Positions 37,501 to 50,155 of a DNA stretch of 64,000 nt are shown piece by piece. Location: the NCBI RefSeq assembly GCF_006345805.1, contig NC_043002.1, positions 33,790,001 to 33,854,000 on the forward strand, in the 5' to 3' direction. Origin of the DNA: Octopus sinensis. Lineage: Eukaryota. Within the stretch, counting starts at the first letter, position 1, and each line of letters opens with the position of its first letter. A program made the position numbers and the translations under genes. The notes under the pieces are model-generated. The model worked only from the letters and a program-made list of their open reading frames with translations. It searched no databases and had not been told where the DNA came from.

Positions 37501-40500
37501 CTGGTACAAAATGGGCAAACGCCTTTCACCATGCTTGCATAAGTGGTCAGGTCTTCTTCAGCTCAACATGTTGCCAGTTGTCACTGTCCTTCATCACTTC
37601 ATCCAAAATCCTTCTTGGTTTTCCTCTGTCACAAGTTTCGTTCCCTTTGAGATAGTGACACTTTTTCATACAGTTGCCATCCTCAGTAAGCAGCATGTGT
37701 CCACACCAGTGCAGTCTTCTCCCTTACATATTACGTCTGATTTCTCATATTCAGTTTTTCTCTCAGTTTGTCCACTGCTATTCACATGCATTCACATAAC
37801 ACATTCAGAGGAAGAAGCTTGCTACATTTTTCCCTAGTTTTCATAAAACGCTCTGCATTCACTATTATGCAGCATCACATAATGCATCCCTATATTCTAC
37901 ACACAACATACTATAGTCTACATACAATGCATCTATATATACACTGTATCCTACACTCACACACATCTGTGTTGACTATATGCTATACACTGTCTTACAT
38001 GCAACTCATCTTTGTATACACCACCTGCACATCACTACCTATGTGTATTTATATTCTACTCATAACACACCTCTATATACAATATATTATACACACAGCT
38101 CATTTATGTATATACTATATTCAACACACAATACACTTATATATAAATGATACTCTGCACACAACACACCCATCTATATGCTATATTCTACATGCAACAT
38201 TTATATGTCCACTATATCAGGTACATAACACATTTGCATATACACTATACCATCATGTAATACCTGTACACAACACACCTGTTTATACACCATACAAGGG
38301 ATACACCTGTGTATACACTATACCCTGCATGCAACACACCTGGGTGTATGCTATACACTACACAACAGTTGTGGATACATTATATTTTATACTCCTGTCT
38401 GTGCATTACATCACTCACCTGTGTATACAAGTCCTCAATCAATAAAAGTTCAATGGTTCTTCAGCTGATCACAACATTATGTATTGAAATTGGTTGAATA
38501 ATTTGTTTTCTTCTATCCATTTGTAGACATGAAAAGCCCACTGATCCCAATGATCCACTGGCTGATCAAAACATTAAAGACAGATACTATGGCCTTAATG
38601 ATCCTGTAGCTGATAAGCTGATCAAGAGGTATGCAACCATGCCCAAACTGGAGCCACCTGAAGATAAAACTATCACAACATTATATGTTGGAAACCTTGG
38701 TGTCCGTATTGCAGAAAAAGAACTGAGGTAAGTCTCTTTTCATCATCATCGTCATTGTCATCGTTGTTTAACGTCCGTTTTCCATGTTAGCATGGGTTGG
38801 GCGGTTTGACTGGGATCTGGGAAGCCAGGAGGCTGCACCAGGCTCCAGTCTGATCTGGCAGTGTTTCTACAGCTGGATGCTCTTTCTTACGCCAACCACT
38901 CCAAGAGTGTAGTGGGTGCTTTTTACGTACCACTGGCACAGGGGCCAGAGCTGGCTGGCAACGGCCGCAATCGGTTGGTGCTTTTTATGTGCCACCAGCA
39001 TGGAAGCCAGTCAAGGCAATCAAGTCAAGCCGTTAAATCTTATCTTCATTTTCCTATTGTTTGACACAATTTTTGTAAGGTTTTTCATAAAGTGCATGAG
39101 TTACTGGTGCTAGTATCTGCAGACAGACAGGCATACTGTAATAGACGTTCTGTGTATGATGAAGTTATACAATTGTATCAGACCCAGAGATTTTTCCACC
39201 TAGTCCTACTCACATGTAACCTGTCTGATGCCCACGAAATACACTTAAACCTTCACTTCCTAATGACCAACAGTTTCCCTACAGACGTCAACCCAAAGAT
39301 ATTCCTACTAAACACCAACTACATTAATCCCTCATCTACACATGTATATGCTTCTATATCTGAGTATATACATACGCATTACAGATGCAGGAGTAGCTGT
39401 GCAGTTATGAAATATTGGTGCATCTATGGCTGTGTTCCTACAGATTTTGCTTTGCACCCATGTATTTCCAGGTTCAGTCCTGCTATGTGACACCTTGTCG
39501 AATGGCGACAGGAGGAGTGTTTGGCTCTAGACAATTTACATCTAAACTATGTCAGCATGGAATAACAGGTGTAAAACCAATCGATTCTCTACATCAATAT
39601 ATATATATTCTAAATATGTACACGTCTATATTATAAATCTCTATTTTGGTTGGTTTTTCAGCCTATCCTTGATTGTTTTATGTTTTCCTTATCCAGGGAC
39701 CATTTCTATCAGTTTGGAGAAATCCGTTCTATCAACGTGGTCAGTAAGCAACACTGTGCATTTGTTCAGTTTACAAGCCGTTCTGCTGCAGAATTGGCTG
39801 CAGAACGTTCATTCAATAAACTCATCATCCTTGGCCGACGTTTGAACATTAAATGGGGAAGATCTCAGGCTCAACAGACTTTAATGAAGAAGGAAGATAT
39901 AGAAAATGAGAATCTTCTGGAACCTGTACCCGGTTTACCTGGGGTGAGTTTATAATTTTGCTGCATTTTTGTTGTGGTATAGAATACTTGATTACTTTAA
40001 TTCATAGTGTTATAAATTGAAGAAGTAGAAGTTGTGACAGTCATCTCACATCTAAGATAATGTCGTTTTCATTCTATATTCATGTCAGTCTCAGTAGTTT
40101 TACCTTTGGGGAAGTTGACGCTAACTTGCAGAGTTATCTCCCTTATCATATTACAGGTTGTCATTTCGAAAGCTATGGTGTAAGTTTTAGCAGTAAGATC
40201 GGATCTTTTCGGTTTGAAGGGCAGTTTTTTCTAGCGGTGTCATATGAAATTGTCACCCATAATTATAACCCTAGTATCGATCTATTGCATTTTAGGGTTA
40301 GGGTTAGGGGGAAGGGTATCTTTTTTTCTTCAGAAATGTAAATAAACCCAATCTGTTTCTTAAACGAGGGACATATTCATACGGCACAGAATGTTTTCAC
40401 CCCAATAGAAGTCATTGATTGGTTGAAATTGCAGAAATTGAAGAAAAAAAACAACAAATATCTTACAAACTATAGAATTTTCTCAATAAAGCCAAGAGAA

Positions 40501-43500
40501 AAAGATGTTTTATAAACATATTCTACTAGTATACGAAATTTTAAGTGTTTAGTTACGTGGAAATTATTTTTAAAAACTGCCGTTCAAACCGAAAAGATCC
40601 ATAAGATCTGGACTTATAACCATGTAGTAGATGGTTAACTACCTTAACTTGACAACCATTTAACCATATATGTTTTATTAAAAAAATCTGATAATGTACG
40701 AAATAATTATCACTAGAATAGTGGCTGAGCATTTTTGGACTACAGAATATATTGTGTGAAAAATCTGTAAATTGTTTTAAGTTTTCCTGAGATCAATTAT
40801 AATTAACCTTTTTAAGTCCTGATTACATTACTTCAATGTTAAAAATAACTGGGAACTGTTTAATGATTTATCACTTGCTGATAATGATGATCATGGTTAT
40901 ATAAATATCTTCTGTTACAATAGCTGTTCTGATGTCTTTAGCAGAACCTTCTCTATTTCAAGCATTTGAGCTATATTTCTGGTGTGAGGATGACTTTCTC
41001 TGTCACCTACCAATCTTGGAAACCCTGATAAAATGTCTTGGCACTAATCTTCCCCACTCTGATTAAATCATGTTATAAAACAAAACTAGTAATAGTAGTA
41101 CTACTGCTAATTTAAAGGAATTAACCTTTATTGTTGTTATTACAGATTTAATATCTATTGTTTCTTACTGACATTATTCTGTCATATAGCTTAACAAATT
41201 TGGTGCCATCTTAAATCTATAACTTACTTGAGTGAATTTAAACTGTATTTGTATTGTACTGTGAATGATGTATATTTGTGTGTTTGTGGTTAGATGTAGT
41301 TACCATGACTCTGTGCAATATTCTAAATGTTCTAAATGTCATTTTATATCTTTCCAGCATTACCATTGCCACCTGAAGAACTGACCAACAACTATTTTAA
41401 TCTTGGCCAGCCACCACCACTGGTACCTCCACCACCACCACAAGGTGTACCTCCCCGTATTCCACCCCCAATGGCACCACCGTTTAACAATATGCCTCGA
41501 GGTCCACCTCCTCCACCACCAGGTATGAAGTTGCTCTGCCTTAGATTGTTGTCAATCCTTGCTTTTATTAATCCATTTGGTTTGTGACAGCCCTCACGTA
41601 TTTCTTCTGTGCTGCAGAACCACCCCACCCTCTTTCATTAGTATTAAAATAGCTATGTGATTGTCCTTTTGTATATAGTCTAACAAGTGTAAAATGATCT
41701 ATGCATGATTGCTGTCTGTACTGCAGTAACATCAGTAACATTTGTGCATAGATACTGCTGCTAATGTTATAAATTGACCAGATACAACAGTAAGGAGGAC
41801 TCCATATTTGTCATCATCTCTCTGGTATAGAATATGGTGATAGTTTCTTGTACAAATAACTCTTGATGAATTACTGAATCAATTAAAATTGTTATAAACC
41901 CTAAATGAATATTTATAACTGCAAATAAAAAAAGTCTAATCTTAAATTCCATTGTAGGTTCCCAATGTCACTCCTCTTTTTTTATATTGCTTTCAAATTT
42001 TGTAACAAAGCTAGCAGTTTCAGGGGCTGGTGTAAGTTGATTACATTGACCCCAGTACTCAAATGGTATTTAATTTTTCGATCCTGAAAGGATGAAAGGT
42101 ATAGTCAATCTTGGCAAAATTTGAACTCAGAACCTAAAGACAGATGAAATGTCGTTAAACATTTTGCCCAACATGCTAATGTTTCAGCCAGCTTGTCACC
42201 TCACTCCTCTTTTTTTTATATTAATATTAACCCTTCAGCATACAGATTACTCTGTCAAATGTGATGCTTATTTATTCACATTGTTTTGAATTAATCAGGG
42301 ATTACCTTGTAACTTTGATTTTACAATTATGTGATTATATATTTTTAAAACGACATTATAGGATAGTTGTAACAGGCCAGGTTCACACAGTTTGTAGAAT
42401 ATTTGGGCCGGTTTAAGTGCTAAAAGGTTAACTATGAACTCAGTTCATATTTGATACTAATATAAAATCCAAGTTTTATCTGAAACAAATTCTTGCTATC
42501 ATGATAAATATTTTTGGATTTGTGTCCCATATTGATAAATATTATGTTAGTGTTTTTCACTAAACAGCTTTAAGCATCAGTTAATTAATAATGCACTTTT
42601 ATTAAACTTTGAGAAAACAATTTAACAAAGATAATTGTTGACATTAAAATATACAACTAAAAATTTGTCATTACTGAGTAGTTTAGTAATGAACTCTTTA
42701 GTTTATAGATTACTCCCACATTTAAAAAAATTAAACATGCATCATCATGTAGCTCTGAAATTTCAGTGATGTGAATGTTTATTTTTAAGATGTCATTGTA
42801 GAGTAGGTGTGTGAGGCTAGATCTGGCTGGTTTGAGGATAAAACAAGTAGGATATTTGGGTCAAATATAGCTGGTTTAAATGTTAAAGGGTGAAGTGGTT
42901 GCTAAGACCAATTTACACTTGTTTAGCACTTAACACTACCAAAACTGTAATTGACCAGATTCCACTTTGGTAAGGTGTTTACCATGGACAGAATGGTTAC
43001 ACCTGGAAAACTAAATAAATGTTATGAATCAAATAATTACACCCATATTTTGATGACTATTTAGTGGTATACAATTGTTTGCTTTTGTATAACATGATTT
43101 GAACATATTTTCTGAATCTTGGTTCACATCTTGCTGGTCTACCTTTCAAGTCTTCATTCTTATTTATCATATCTATTGACCAATATGGAATATGTTTGAT
43201 TTTCCTTTCTGTTTCTTCTTGGTCCACCTGTCATAGCTCTCTAAGTACCCTCTACATTTTCCACGTACAAGGCACTCAATCACAAAAGAAATTTTGTACT
43301 GGAGTCGCAATAGAAAGCCATCAAACTATACTGTCTTGAGTGTGAATGATGAGGGAGAAAATCTCTCCAATGCTGGTACCATACAAATGTGCCCAGTACA
43401 ACATTATAAAGTGGTTGGCAAATGGGCAGAGAATGTATAGGGTTCTCTTATTCAATCCCTCTAATGTTGGTACCATGAAAAGGTGGCACCTAGTACTCTC

Positions 43501-43927
43501 TGTAAAATGGTTGGCAATTGGAACAGCATCCAACATCCAGCTGATGAAACCAAACCAACCAATGAAACTAACTTAGTCCATAATGATCTAACCCATGCCA
43601 GCATAGAAAGTGGATATAAAATTCTGATATTTACCTAATCAGATTCTACAGGTGTTATTTCTTTTGCAATTTAACTCATTATATCTTTTCTGACAGCTGT
43701 TTTGATCACCTGTAAAACATAACAACCTAACGTCACCATGATTAAATTCAATTCTCTTCCATTTCCCATTTGCAGGTGTCAGACTACCCCCACCACCACC
43801 TGGAATACTACCTGTGCGGCCACCGCCACTGATCCCACCTCGAACTACTCAGCTCAACTCTGTCCACTATCCATCACAAGACCCGACACGTATGGGAGCA
43901 GTAACTGTCACCAACCAGAAGACCTAG
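28457..43927 (+). CDS. RBM22: Pre-mRNA-splicing factor RBM22 (Cys-rich N-terminus, CCCH zinc finger, RRM, Pro-rich tail). Exons 28457-28510, 31838-31891, 34043-34205, 35175-35275, 36479-36651, 38527-38727, 39697-39943, 41358-41522, 43776-43927
   Basis: Spliced translation [60 protein letters not shown]...[40 protein letters not shown]...[20 protein letters not shown] is colinear with human RBM22. The summed exons are 1310 nt, 1 nt short of a multiple of 3 (see findings). Confidence 0.96.
30190..30890 (+). repeat. Head-to-tail stack of 3-4 diverged family A SINE copies in RBM22 intron 1
   Basis: Repeats of the gttcaaattc...gttgactttgc...aagtaccagt...aatttgaaacc module at ~220-bp spacing. Confidence 0.7.
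31838..31891 (+). CDS. RBM22: RBM22 exon 2 ([18 protein letters not shown])
   Basis: Polypyrimidine tract + CAG; donor ATG|GTAAGG. Confidence 0.95.
33239..33655. mobile_element. Merlin-type MITE in RBM22 intron 2
   Basis: TIR GGATCTTTTCGGTTTGAACGGCAGTTTTT; perfect 8-bp TSD CTTGTTGT. Confidence 0.88.
34043..34205 (+). CDS. RBM22: RBM22 exon 3 ([12 protein letters not shown]...[11 protein letters not shown])
   Basis: AG/GT bounded, 163 nt; near-identical to the human sequence. Confidence 0.96.
35175..35275 (+). CDS. RBM22: RBM22 exon 4 ([34 protein letters not shown])
   Basis: 101 nt, gtag| ... GAG|GTAAGT. Confidence 0.95.
36479..36651 (+). CDS. RBM22: RBM22 exon 5 (INNSDG...[18 protein letters not shown]), CCCH zinc finger
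   Basis: 173 nt, ttgcag| ... AG|GTAACT. Confidence 0.96.
37480..37800 (-). mobile_element. Degenerate RTE LINE C-terminal relic in RBM22 intron 5
   Basis: Minus-strand [10 protein letters not shown] and RGKPRR-type segments, homologous to 49764-50093. Confidence 0.6.
37840..38420. repeat. Degenerate CA/TA-rich low-complexity tract in RBM22 intron 5
   Basis: Recurrent acac/tatac words; source of the spurious His/Tyr/Thr-rich 225-aa ORF. Confidence 0.75.
38527..38727 (+). CDS. RBM22: RBM22 exon 6 ([22 protein letters not shown]...[17 protein letters not shown])
   Basis: 201 nt, ttgtag| ... AG|GTAAGT; contains the RRM RNP2 (LYVGNL). Confidence 0.95.
39697..39943 (+). CDS. RBM22: RBM22 exon 7 ([15 protein letters not shown]...LNIKWGRSQ...LEPVPGLPG), RRM
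   Basis: Acceptor atccag; donor GGG|GTGAGT, which is phase 0 as written and conflicts with exon 8. Confidence 0.92.
40201..40600. mobile_element. Merlin-type MITE in RBM22 intron 7
   Basis: Same TIRs and body; 8-bp TSD GTAAGATC/ATAAGATC (7 of 8 match). Confidence 0.88.
41358..41522 (+). CDS. RBM22: RBM22 exon 8 ([21 protein letters not shown]...PPPPP-G)
   Basis: tttccag| ... G|GTATGA; conserved NYFNL motif. Confidence 0.9.
42231..42427. mobile_element. piggyBac-type MITE in RBM22 intron 8
   Basis: TTAA|CCCTTCAGCA ... TGCTAAAAGG|TTAA; same family as 15523-15742, opposite orientation. Confidence 0.75.
43776..43927 (+). CDS. RBM22: RBM22 terminal coding exon ([10 protein letters not shown]...[20 protein letters not shown])
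   Basis: ttgcag| acceptor; HYPSQDP.RMG matches the human C-terminus; TAG at 43925-43927. Confidence 0.94.
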
Positions 43928-43987
43928 GATCCAATACCATCATCAGTCAAACTTGTGAACCACACAAATATGACACAACAAAAGAGA

Positions 43988-44020
<33 letters not shown>

Positions 44021-44817
44021 CACACACATATATATATCATCATAATGATAGTGATGATAATTTGTGTATGTATATATACATATATTTATATGTGTGTGTG
44101 TGTGTGCATGTGTATGCAGACATACATATGTTTATGTACACATATATGTATGTACATATATATGTACATACACATGTGTATAATGTGAGTGTATATGTAT
44201 ATATATATATATGTATGTTTGTGTGTGTATATATATATATATATATGCACACACACTTATGTGTGTGTGTGTTTGCACCATATATTATGTAATATAAGAT
44301 TCACCATGAATTCGAGGAAGTCAGAAGTCATGTTCTACAGTGACTAAAATTTTATGATATTAAAAACCAACACAACTCAATCAAAAGTTGAAATCAAACT
44401 GTATAAAATACTTTTCATTCTTTTTTTTTTAAAAAAAGTTTCAAAAGTTATCTTGTTTTTAAATGTACATATGTGAGTATATGTAATATATATATGTATA
44501 TGTAAGTGTGTGTATATATATATATATATAAATATATATATATATACACACACACACACACTATGTAGATATATACACATAAATACATATGGACGCACAT
44601 TTTATATATATATATATTTATATGTGCTTGTACACACACATAAATGTATGTATATATGTAAGATTAAAGATTAGTTTGAAGCGACGGAGGTACCAGTGTT
44701 AGATTAATTATATTCATTTGTATATGTAAGTGTGTGTATGTGTATATGTATATATATATATATATATATATTCGGTTAGGTAATTGAGATTACCTTGGAC
44801 ATATATATATATATATA

Positions 44818-44853
<36 letters not shown>

Positions 44854-47800
44854 TATGTAGATATATACACATAAATACATATGGATGCACATTTTATATA
44901 TATATATATATTTATATGTGCTTATACACACATAAATGTATGTATATATATATGTAAGATTAAAAATTAGTTTGAAGTCATGGAGGTACCATTTGTTAGA
45001 TTAATTATATACATTTGTATACAAGTAAAAACAATCTTTATATTTTCCCAAGGATATGAAATGAAATGCTTCTTAACTTTTGTTTAGTGCTTGAGTATTA
45101 ATCTTTGTGTCTTTGCTAAAGTGCACAAGAGCGTTTTCTTTTATAAGGGAAAGCAGGCTCACTTTAATTCTGTGAGATTTTTACTAAGGAGGGCAAAAAC
45201 TGAATATTGTGAAACAGTCATGTGATATGTTTGAATTATTATCTGTTTACTGTTTTCCCTCTGATGTCTGCATGAATCAGTCATGTGATCAGAGGATTGG
45301 TGTCACTTGCAGGTCAGTGAAGTCATGTGACATATAAAAGTTTTTTCTGAGCTGAACCTAGTAAAGGTACTAATGTATATGTGTATGAACTTCTATACAC
45401 ATCTACATACACACACCTGGACATGTTCATGTACACATGCACACATATACATAGAGACAAAAGGTCCTCAGTAGAATAAAATAATAGTAAAAATGATGGT
45501 AAAAAAAGATGAGTTGGTGAAAATAAATTCCTATTTTCTTCAATTCTCATGTAGAAGAAATACTTAAAACCAGTATTTTCATTTCATAGAAAATTTCAAT
45601 GATAAATTTTTCAACTTGGACATGTAATTGTCCATGTTTTAAGTGGGTTGTTTCAAATTGTTTTTTATAAAATGTCTTTTGATTTCTAAATGATATATTA
45701 GATCATCGCATAAGTATTTGTAGAAAGGAAAAATCTTGAATTTGGTGTTCCCGCAAATTTCTAAATGTTTGCTTAGATCAGTTGTTCTCAACTGGGAGGG
45801 GCAGGGATATAAGATTTTATGTGCAATAAACTGGTGTGCCTCGACTGACTCCTGTACTGGTAGCACATAAAATGCACCATCTGAACGTGGCCGATGCTAG
45901 TGCTGCCTTGACTGGCCCCCGTGCTGGTGGCATGTAAAAAGCACCATCCGAATGTGGTCAATGCCAGCCCCCTCTGGTCCCAGTGCTGGTGGTATGTAAA
46001 AAGCACCCACTACATTCTCGGAGTGGTTGGCGTTAGGAAGGGCATCCAGCTGTAGAAACACTGCCAAATCAGATTGGGGCCTGGCATGGCCACCTGGCTT
46101 CCCAGGCCCCAGTCAAACTGTCCAACCCATGCCAGTATGGAAAATGGATGTTAAACGATCATGATGATGATGACAAAACATTAAAAAAACTTGTTTTGCA
46201 ATTCTAAATGATATCTAGCTAATCAAAGATATGATAGGAGTTTTTTAGACATTGATTGACTACCAGGGTTTCCTCCTGATTAAAGGGGGTCTGTAAGCAT
46301 AAAATAGTTGAGAACTACTGAGTTAGTTCTACATAATGCATTTACTGTTTGCATATCCCCACTCATTTGCAGAGGGAGTTTGCAGTTTGGCCAACATAGT
46401 TAAAACACATCACATGACCTTACTGTCCAAGTTGATTTGAGAATGTCACATAACTGCTAATAGTATTCAGTTTGTGCCAATGTAAGTAAAAATCTCACAG
46501 CTGTTATGTGAGCTACATTTGTTTATAAAAGAAATTATCTGCTCACTTTAACAAAGACACAGAAAATGACTTTCAGGTGCTAGTCATGTAGATGAAAGGA
46601 TGTAGCAAAGAGTTAAGTGTTTCATTCCATTTTCTTGGGAAAATTCTAAGATCTTTTGTACCTCATATGACTAAAGAAGGTTACCTTCATTTCATCTGGT
46701 TAATTTTTTTAAATAATTATTATATATGAATACATGTGTGTACATATATATATAGGTGGAGGTCGGTAACAGGAGGGCATTTGGCTGTAGAAAACCTCCT
46801 GCACAAATATGCTACACGCATATGCACATGAATACACCCATATATATATACACATACACACGCACACACCACATGCATATGAATATGTAATTGCACATAC
46901 AAATACCTGTTGGTATGTATATGTGTAGTGTCAGATTTTAAGGGAATGAATTAAGGAAATTCCTCAGTGGGGCTTTATATCAGGTGACTCATCATTGGAA
47001 ATGTTTGATGGTCACCCACAAATCGTACTGTTCTGTTGTAGTTCAGTGTGCAGCTATTTACTGTACTGGTCACTTCTCTCTGTAGCTGTATTACACTAGT
47101 GACCAGTACATGATGTATATCAGATATGACTAGCACTACTTCTGTATCAATGTTGCATCAGTCTATGTTTCTATGGCAACTTAAAACACACTGTTGGGGG
47201 CTCCATCGCAGTCCCTGCCATCATCCTACTTCCAAACAACAACTACTAATGTTGTTTCTGGATCATATTTGTGTTCTGAAAGGAACCAAGTCTTTTTTTT
47301 TAAATTTTATTTTTATTTGATATTATTTTTTTTTTAAAAAGTTTTAATTAAATTTCCTTCTGAACTCTGCAAGTTTAGCTTTGTCTTTTATCTTTTGTCT
47401 TTTACTTGTTTCAGTCATTGAACTGCACCCATGCTGGAGCACTGTCTTAAAGGGCTTTAGTTGAACAAATCGATCTCAGTATTTATTTTCTAAGTCTGGT
47501 CCTTATTCTGTTGGTTTCCTTTGTTAATGGATCTAAACAAACCAATATCAACAAGGTGGCATTGACGATAAACACAACACAAACATTTGTAAATCACACA
47601 CACACACATATGACAGGCTTCTTTCAGTTTCTGTTTACCAATTCCATTCACAAGGCTTTGGTCTGTCCATCTGACCAGGACTATAGTAGATGATATTTTC
47701 CCAAGGTGTTACACAGTGGAACTGAACCCATGACCATTTAGTTGAGAAACTAGCTTTTTACCCATACAACCACTATTGTGTTAGTTTATTGTAATTTGTT

Positions 47801-49167
47801 TAGTCACAGCTGATTAGTTGGAGCCTGCTCGGAGTGTTTCTTTTAATCTGCATCGCTTTGCTGGTGGTATGTGTAAAAGATTTGAGCGAGGTCATTGCCA
47901 GTACCGCCTGACTGGCCCCGTGCCGGTGGCACATAAAAGCACCCACTAGACTCTCGGAGTGGTTGGCGTTAGGAAGGGCATCCAGCTGTAGGAACTCTGC
48001 TAGATCAAGATTGAAGCCTGGTGCAGCCATCTGGTTCGCCAGCCCTAAGTCATTCGTCCAACCCATGCTAGCATGGAAAGCGGACGTTAAACGATGATGA
48101 TATGATGGTTGCTGTTTTGAAAAATCTTGCTGATATTTTATTTTTTTATTTTCATTTTTTTGCAAGTTTCACATTATGTCTTCACAACTCTTACTGATTC
48201 TCACTTTCTCCTCTAAATAAAAGTAGCCATGTAGCTCCTGTACAACAAGAACCTGCTCTGCCCCACCCAACAAGAACCTGTTGAGTGGAACAGAACAGCT
48301 TCTTGTGGGACCCCACGAGAACCTGCTTTGCCCCATTGTTGGGTGGGAAGGAACCTGTTCAGCATATCTGTCACCTTCATCTAGCATAAAGACTGCCTTC
48401 CTCCCTGGGTTTTGTAGTCTTGCAGGCTGAATGGTGACCTCGCTAGAGCTGGTTGCATGAAAATAAGTACCTGCAATGCTGTAAAGTGGTTGGGGTTAGG
48501 AAGGGCATGCAGCTGTAGAAACCATGCCAAAGCAGACATGAGCACAGTGCAGTTTTGGGATCCATCAGATCCTATCAAATCATTTATCACATGCTAGATT
48601 GAAACATGGACATTAAATGATGATAATTGTGTATGTGTATGTGTGTGTGTGTGTAGAGTAAGGGAGAGATTGAAACATTTACGAAAGTAAACATGAATGG
48701 TTAAGTTCACATTCTGCAGGTAGGTGTTAAATTCCCATTGTTGAAATTCTCTCTCCACCCACGATTTTTTTCAAACTGAACATCAACTCTGTCAGTGTTA
48801 CTCGTCTTAATGAAGTGCTCCAGCATGGACACAGTCCAGTGATTGAAACAGGTAAAAGACTAAAAAGTTGTATATCAGTTTTCTAAGCTTTATAGTGTTG
48901 TAGATAAATCAGCTTTGGTTGAATGTTACCACCAGTGGACTTGTATTGCTTATATTTCATACTTCTGACTGAATAGCAGCAATTATACATGTTCTGTGTA
49001 GACGAAGACTTGATTGTGTGGTTAAGAAGTTTCGTTCCTAACCACATGGTTTCCAGTCCAGTCCCAATGGGCAAATGTCTTCTACTATAACCCTGGGGTC
49101 AACCAATGTTTTGTGAATGAATTTGGTGGACAGAAATTGAAAGAAGGCCATCGTGTGTGTATATCCT

Positions 49168-50095
49168 CATCATCATCGTTTGACGTCCGTTTTCCATGCT
49201 GGACGGTTCGACCTGGGGTCTGGGAAGCTCCAATCTGATCTGGCAGTGTTTCTACTGCTGGATGCCCTTCCTAACGCCAACCACTCCGAGAATCTAGTGG
49301 TTGCTTTTTACGTGTCACCGGCAGAGGGGGCTGATATTGACCACGTTTGGATGGTGCCTTTGTATGCCACCGTCACGGGAGCCAGAGGGGGCTGGCATCG
49401 ACCACGTTTGGATGGTGTTTTTACGTGCCACAAGCATGGAAGCCAGTCAAGGTGGCGCTGGCAACAGTCACGTTCGGACGATGCTTTTTACGTGCCACCG
49501 GCACTGGAGCCAGTCGGGCGAGAGGGCTAGCATCGACCACGTTTGGATGGTGCTTTTTACGTGCCACCGGCACGGGGAGCCAGATCGGCGGTGCTGGCAT
49601 CAGCCATAACTACAATTTCCATTTGATTGTGGGTTCATTCGATTTTGATGTTGATGTACTTGACTTAATAGGTCTCCTCAAGCACGGGATGTCGCCCTAC
49701 GATCCAAAGGTACTTTTTGAGTTGGCTGGTTATGCGACACTGGCGTAGGCTACAGCTGTGATCTCACTTTATTTGCCGGGTCTTCTCAGTCACAGCATAT
49801 CTCCCGAGGTCTCGGTCTTTCGTCATTGCCTCTATGAGGCCCAACGTTCGAATGTCATGCTTCACCACCTCATCCCATGTCTTCCTGGGTCTCCCTCTAC
49901 CACGGGTTCCTTCCACTGTTTGGGAGTGGCACTTCTTCACACAGCTCTCCTCATCCATCCGTAGTACATGACCATACCAGCGCAGACGTCTCTCTTGCAC
50001 GCCACATCTGATGTTTCTTATGTCCAACATTTCTCTCAAGGCGCTTATACTCTGTCGTGTGTGCACACTGGCATTACACATCCAGCTGATCATGG
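49168..50095 (-). mobile_element. 5'-truncated RTE-clade LINE: ORF2 C-terminus, 3' UTR with tandem repeats, (GAT)n tail
   Basis: RRLRWYGHVLRMDEESCVKK...GTRGRGRPRKTWDEVVKHD; its 3' end matches the many short ...ccaacccatgccagcatggaaa.cggacgttaaacgatgatgat copies (e.g. ~16850-17025, 29785-29870, 31310-31500, 38745-39000, 45790-46170, 47880-48105). Confidence 0.88.
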
Positions 50096-50107
50096 TAGCT
50101 TCATTTC

Positions 50108-50148
<41 letters not shown>

Positions 50149-50155
50149 ACATATA

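Noticed and set aside
37768-38445. 225-aa His/Tyr/Thr-rich ORF
   Set aside because: Translation of a CA/TA low-complexity intron tract with no domain.
40884-40935. ATGATGA...CTGA pair in RBM22 intron 7
   Set aside because: Too short (~50 nt), AT-rich and without a guide; expected by chance.
49303-49600. CRISPR-like repeat-spacer look
   Set aside because: Eukaryotic LINE 3' UTR; repeats are degenerate, the 'spacers' are homologous to one another, and there are no cas genes.
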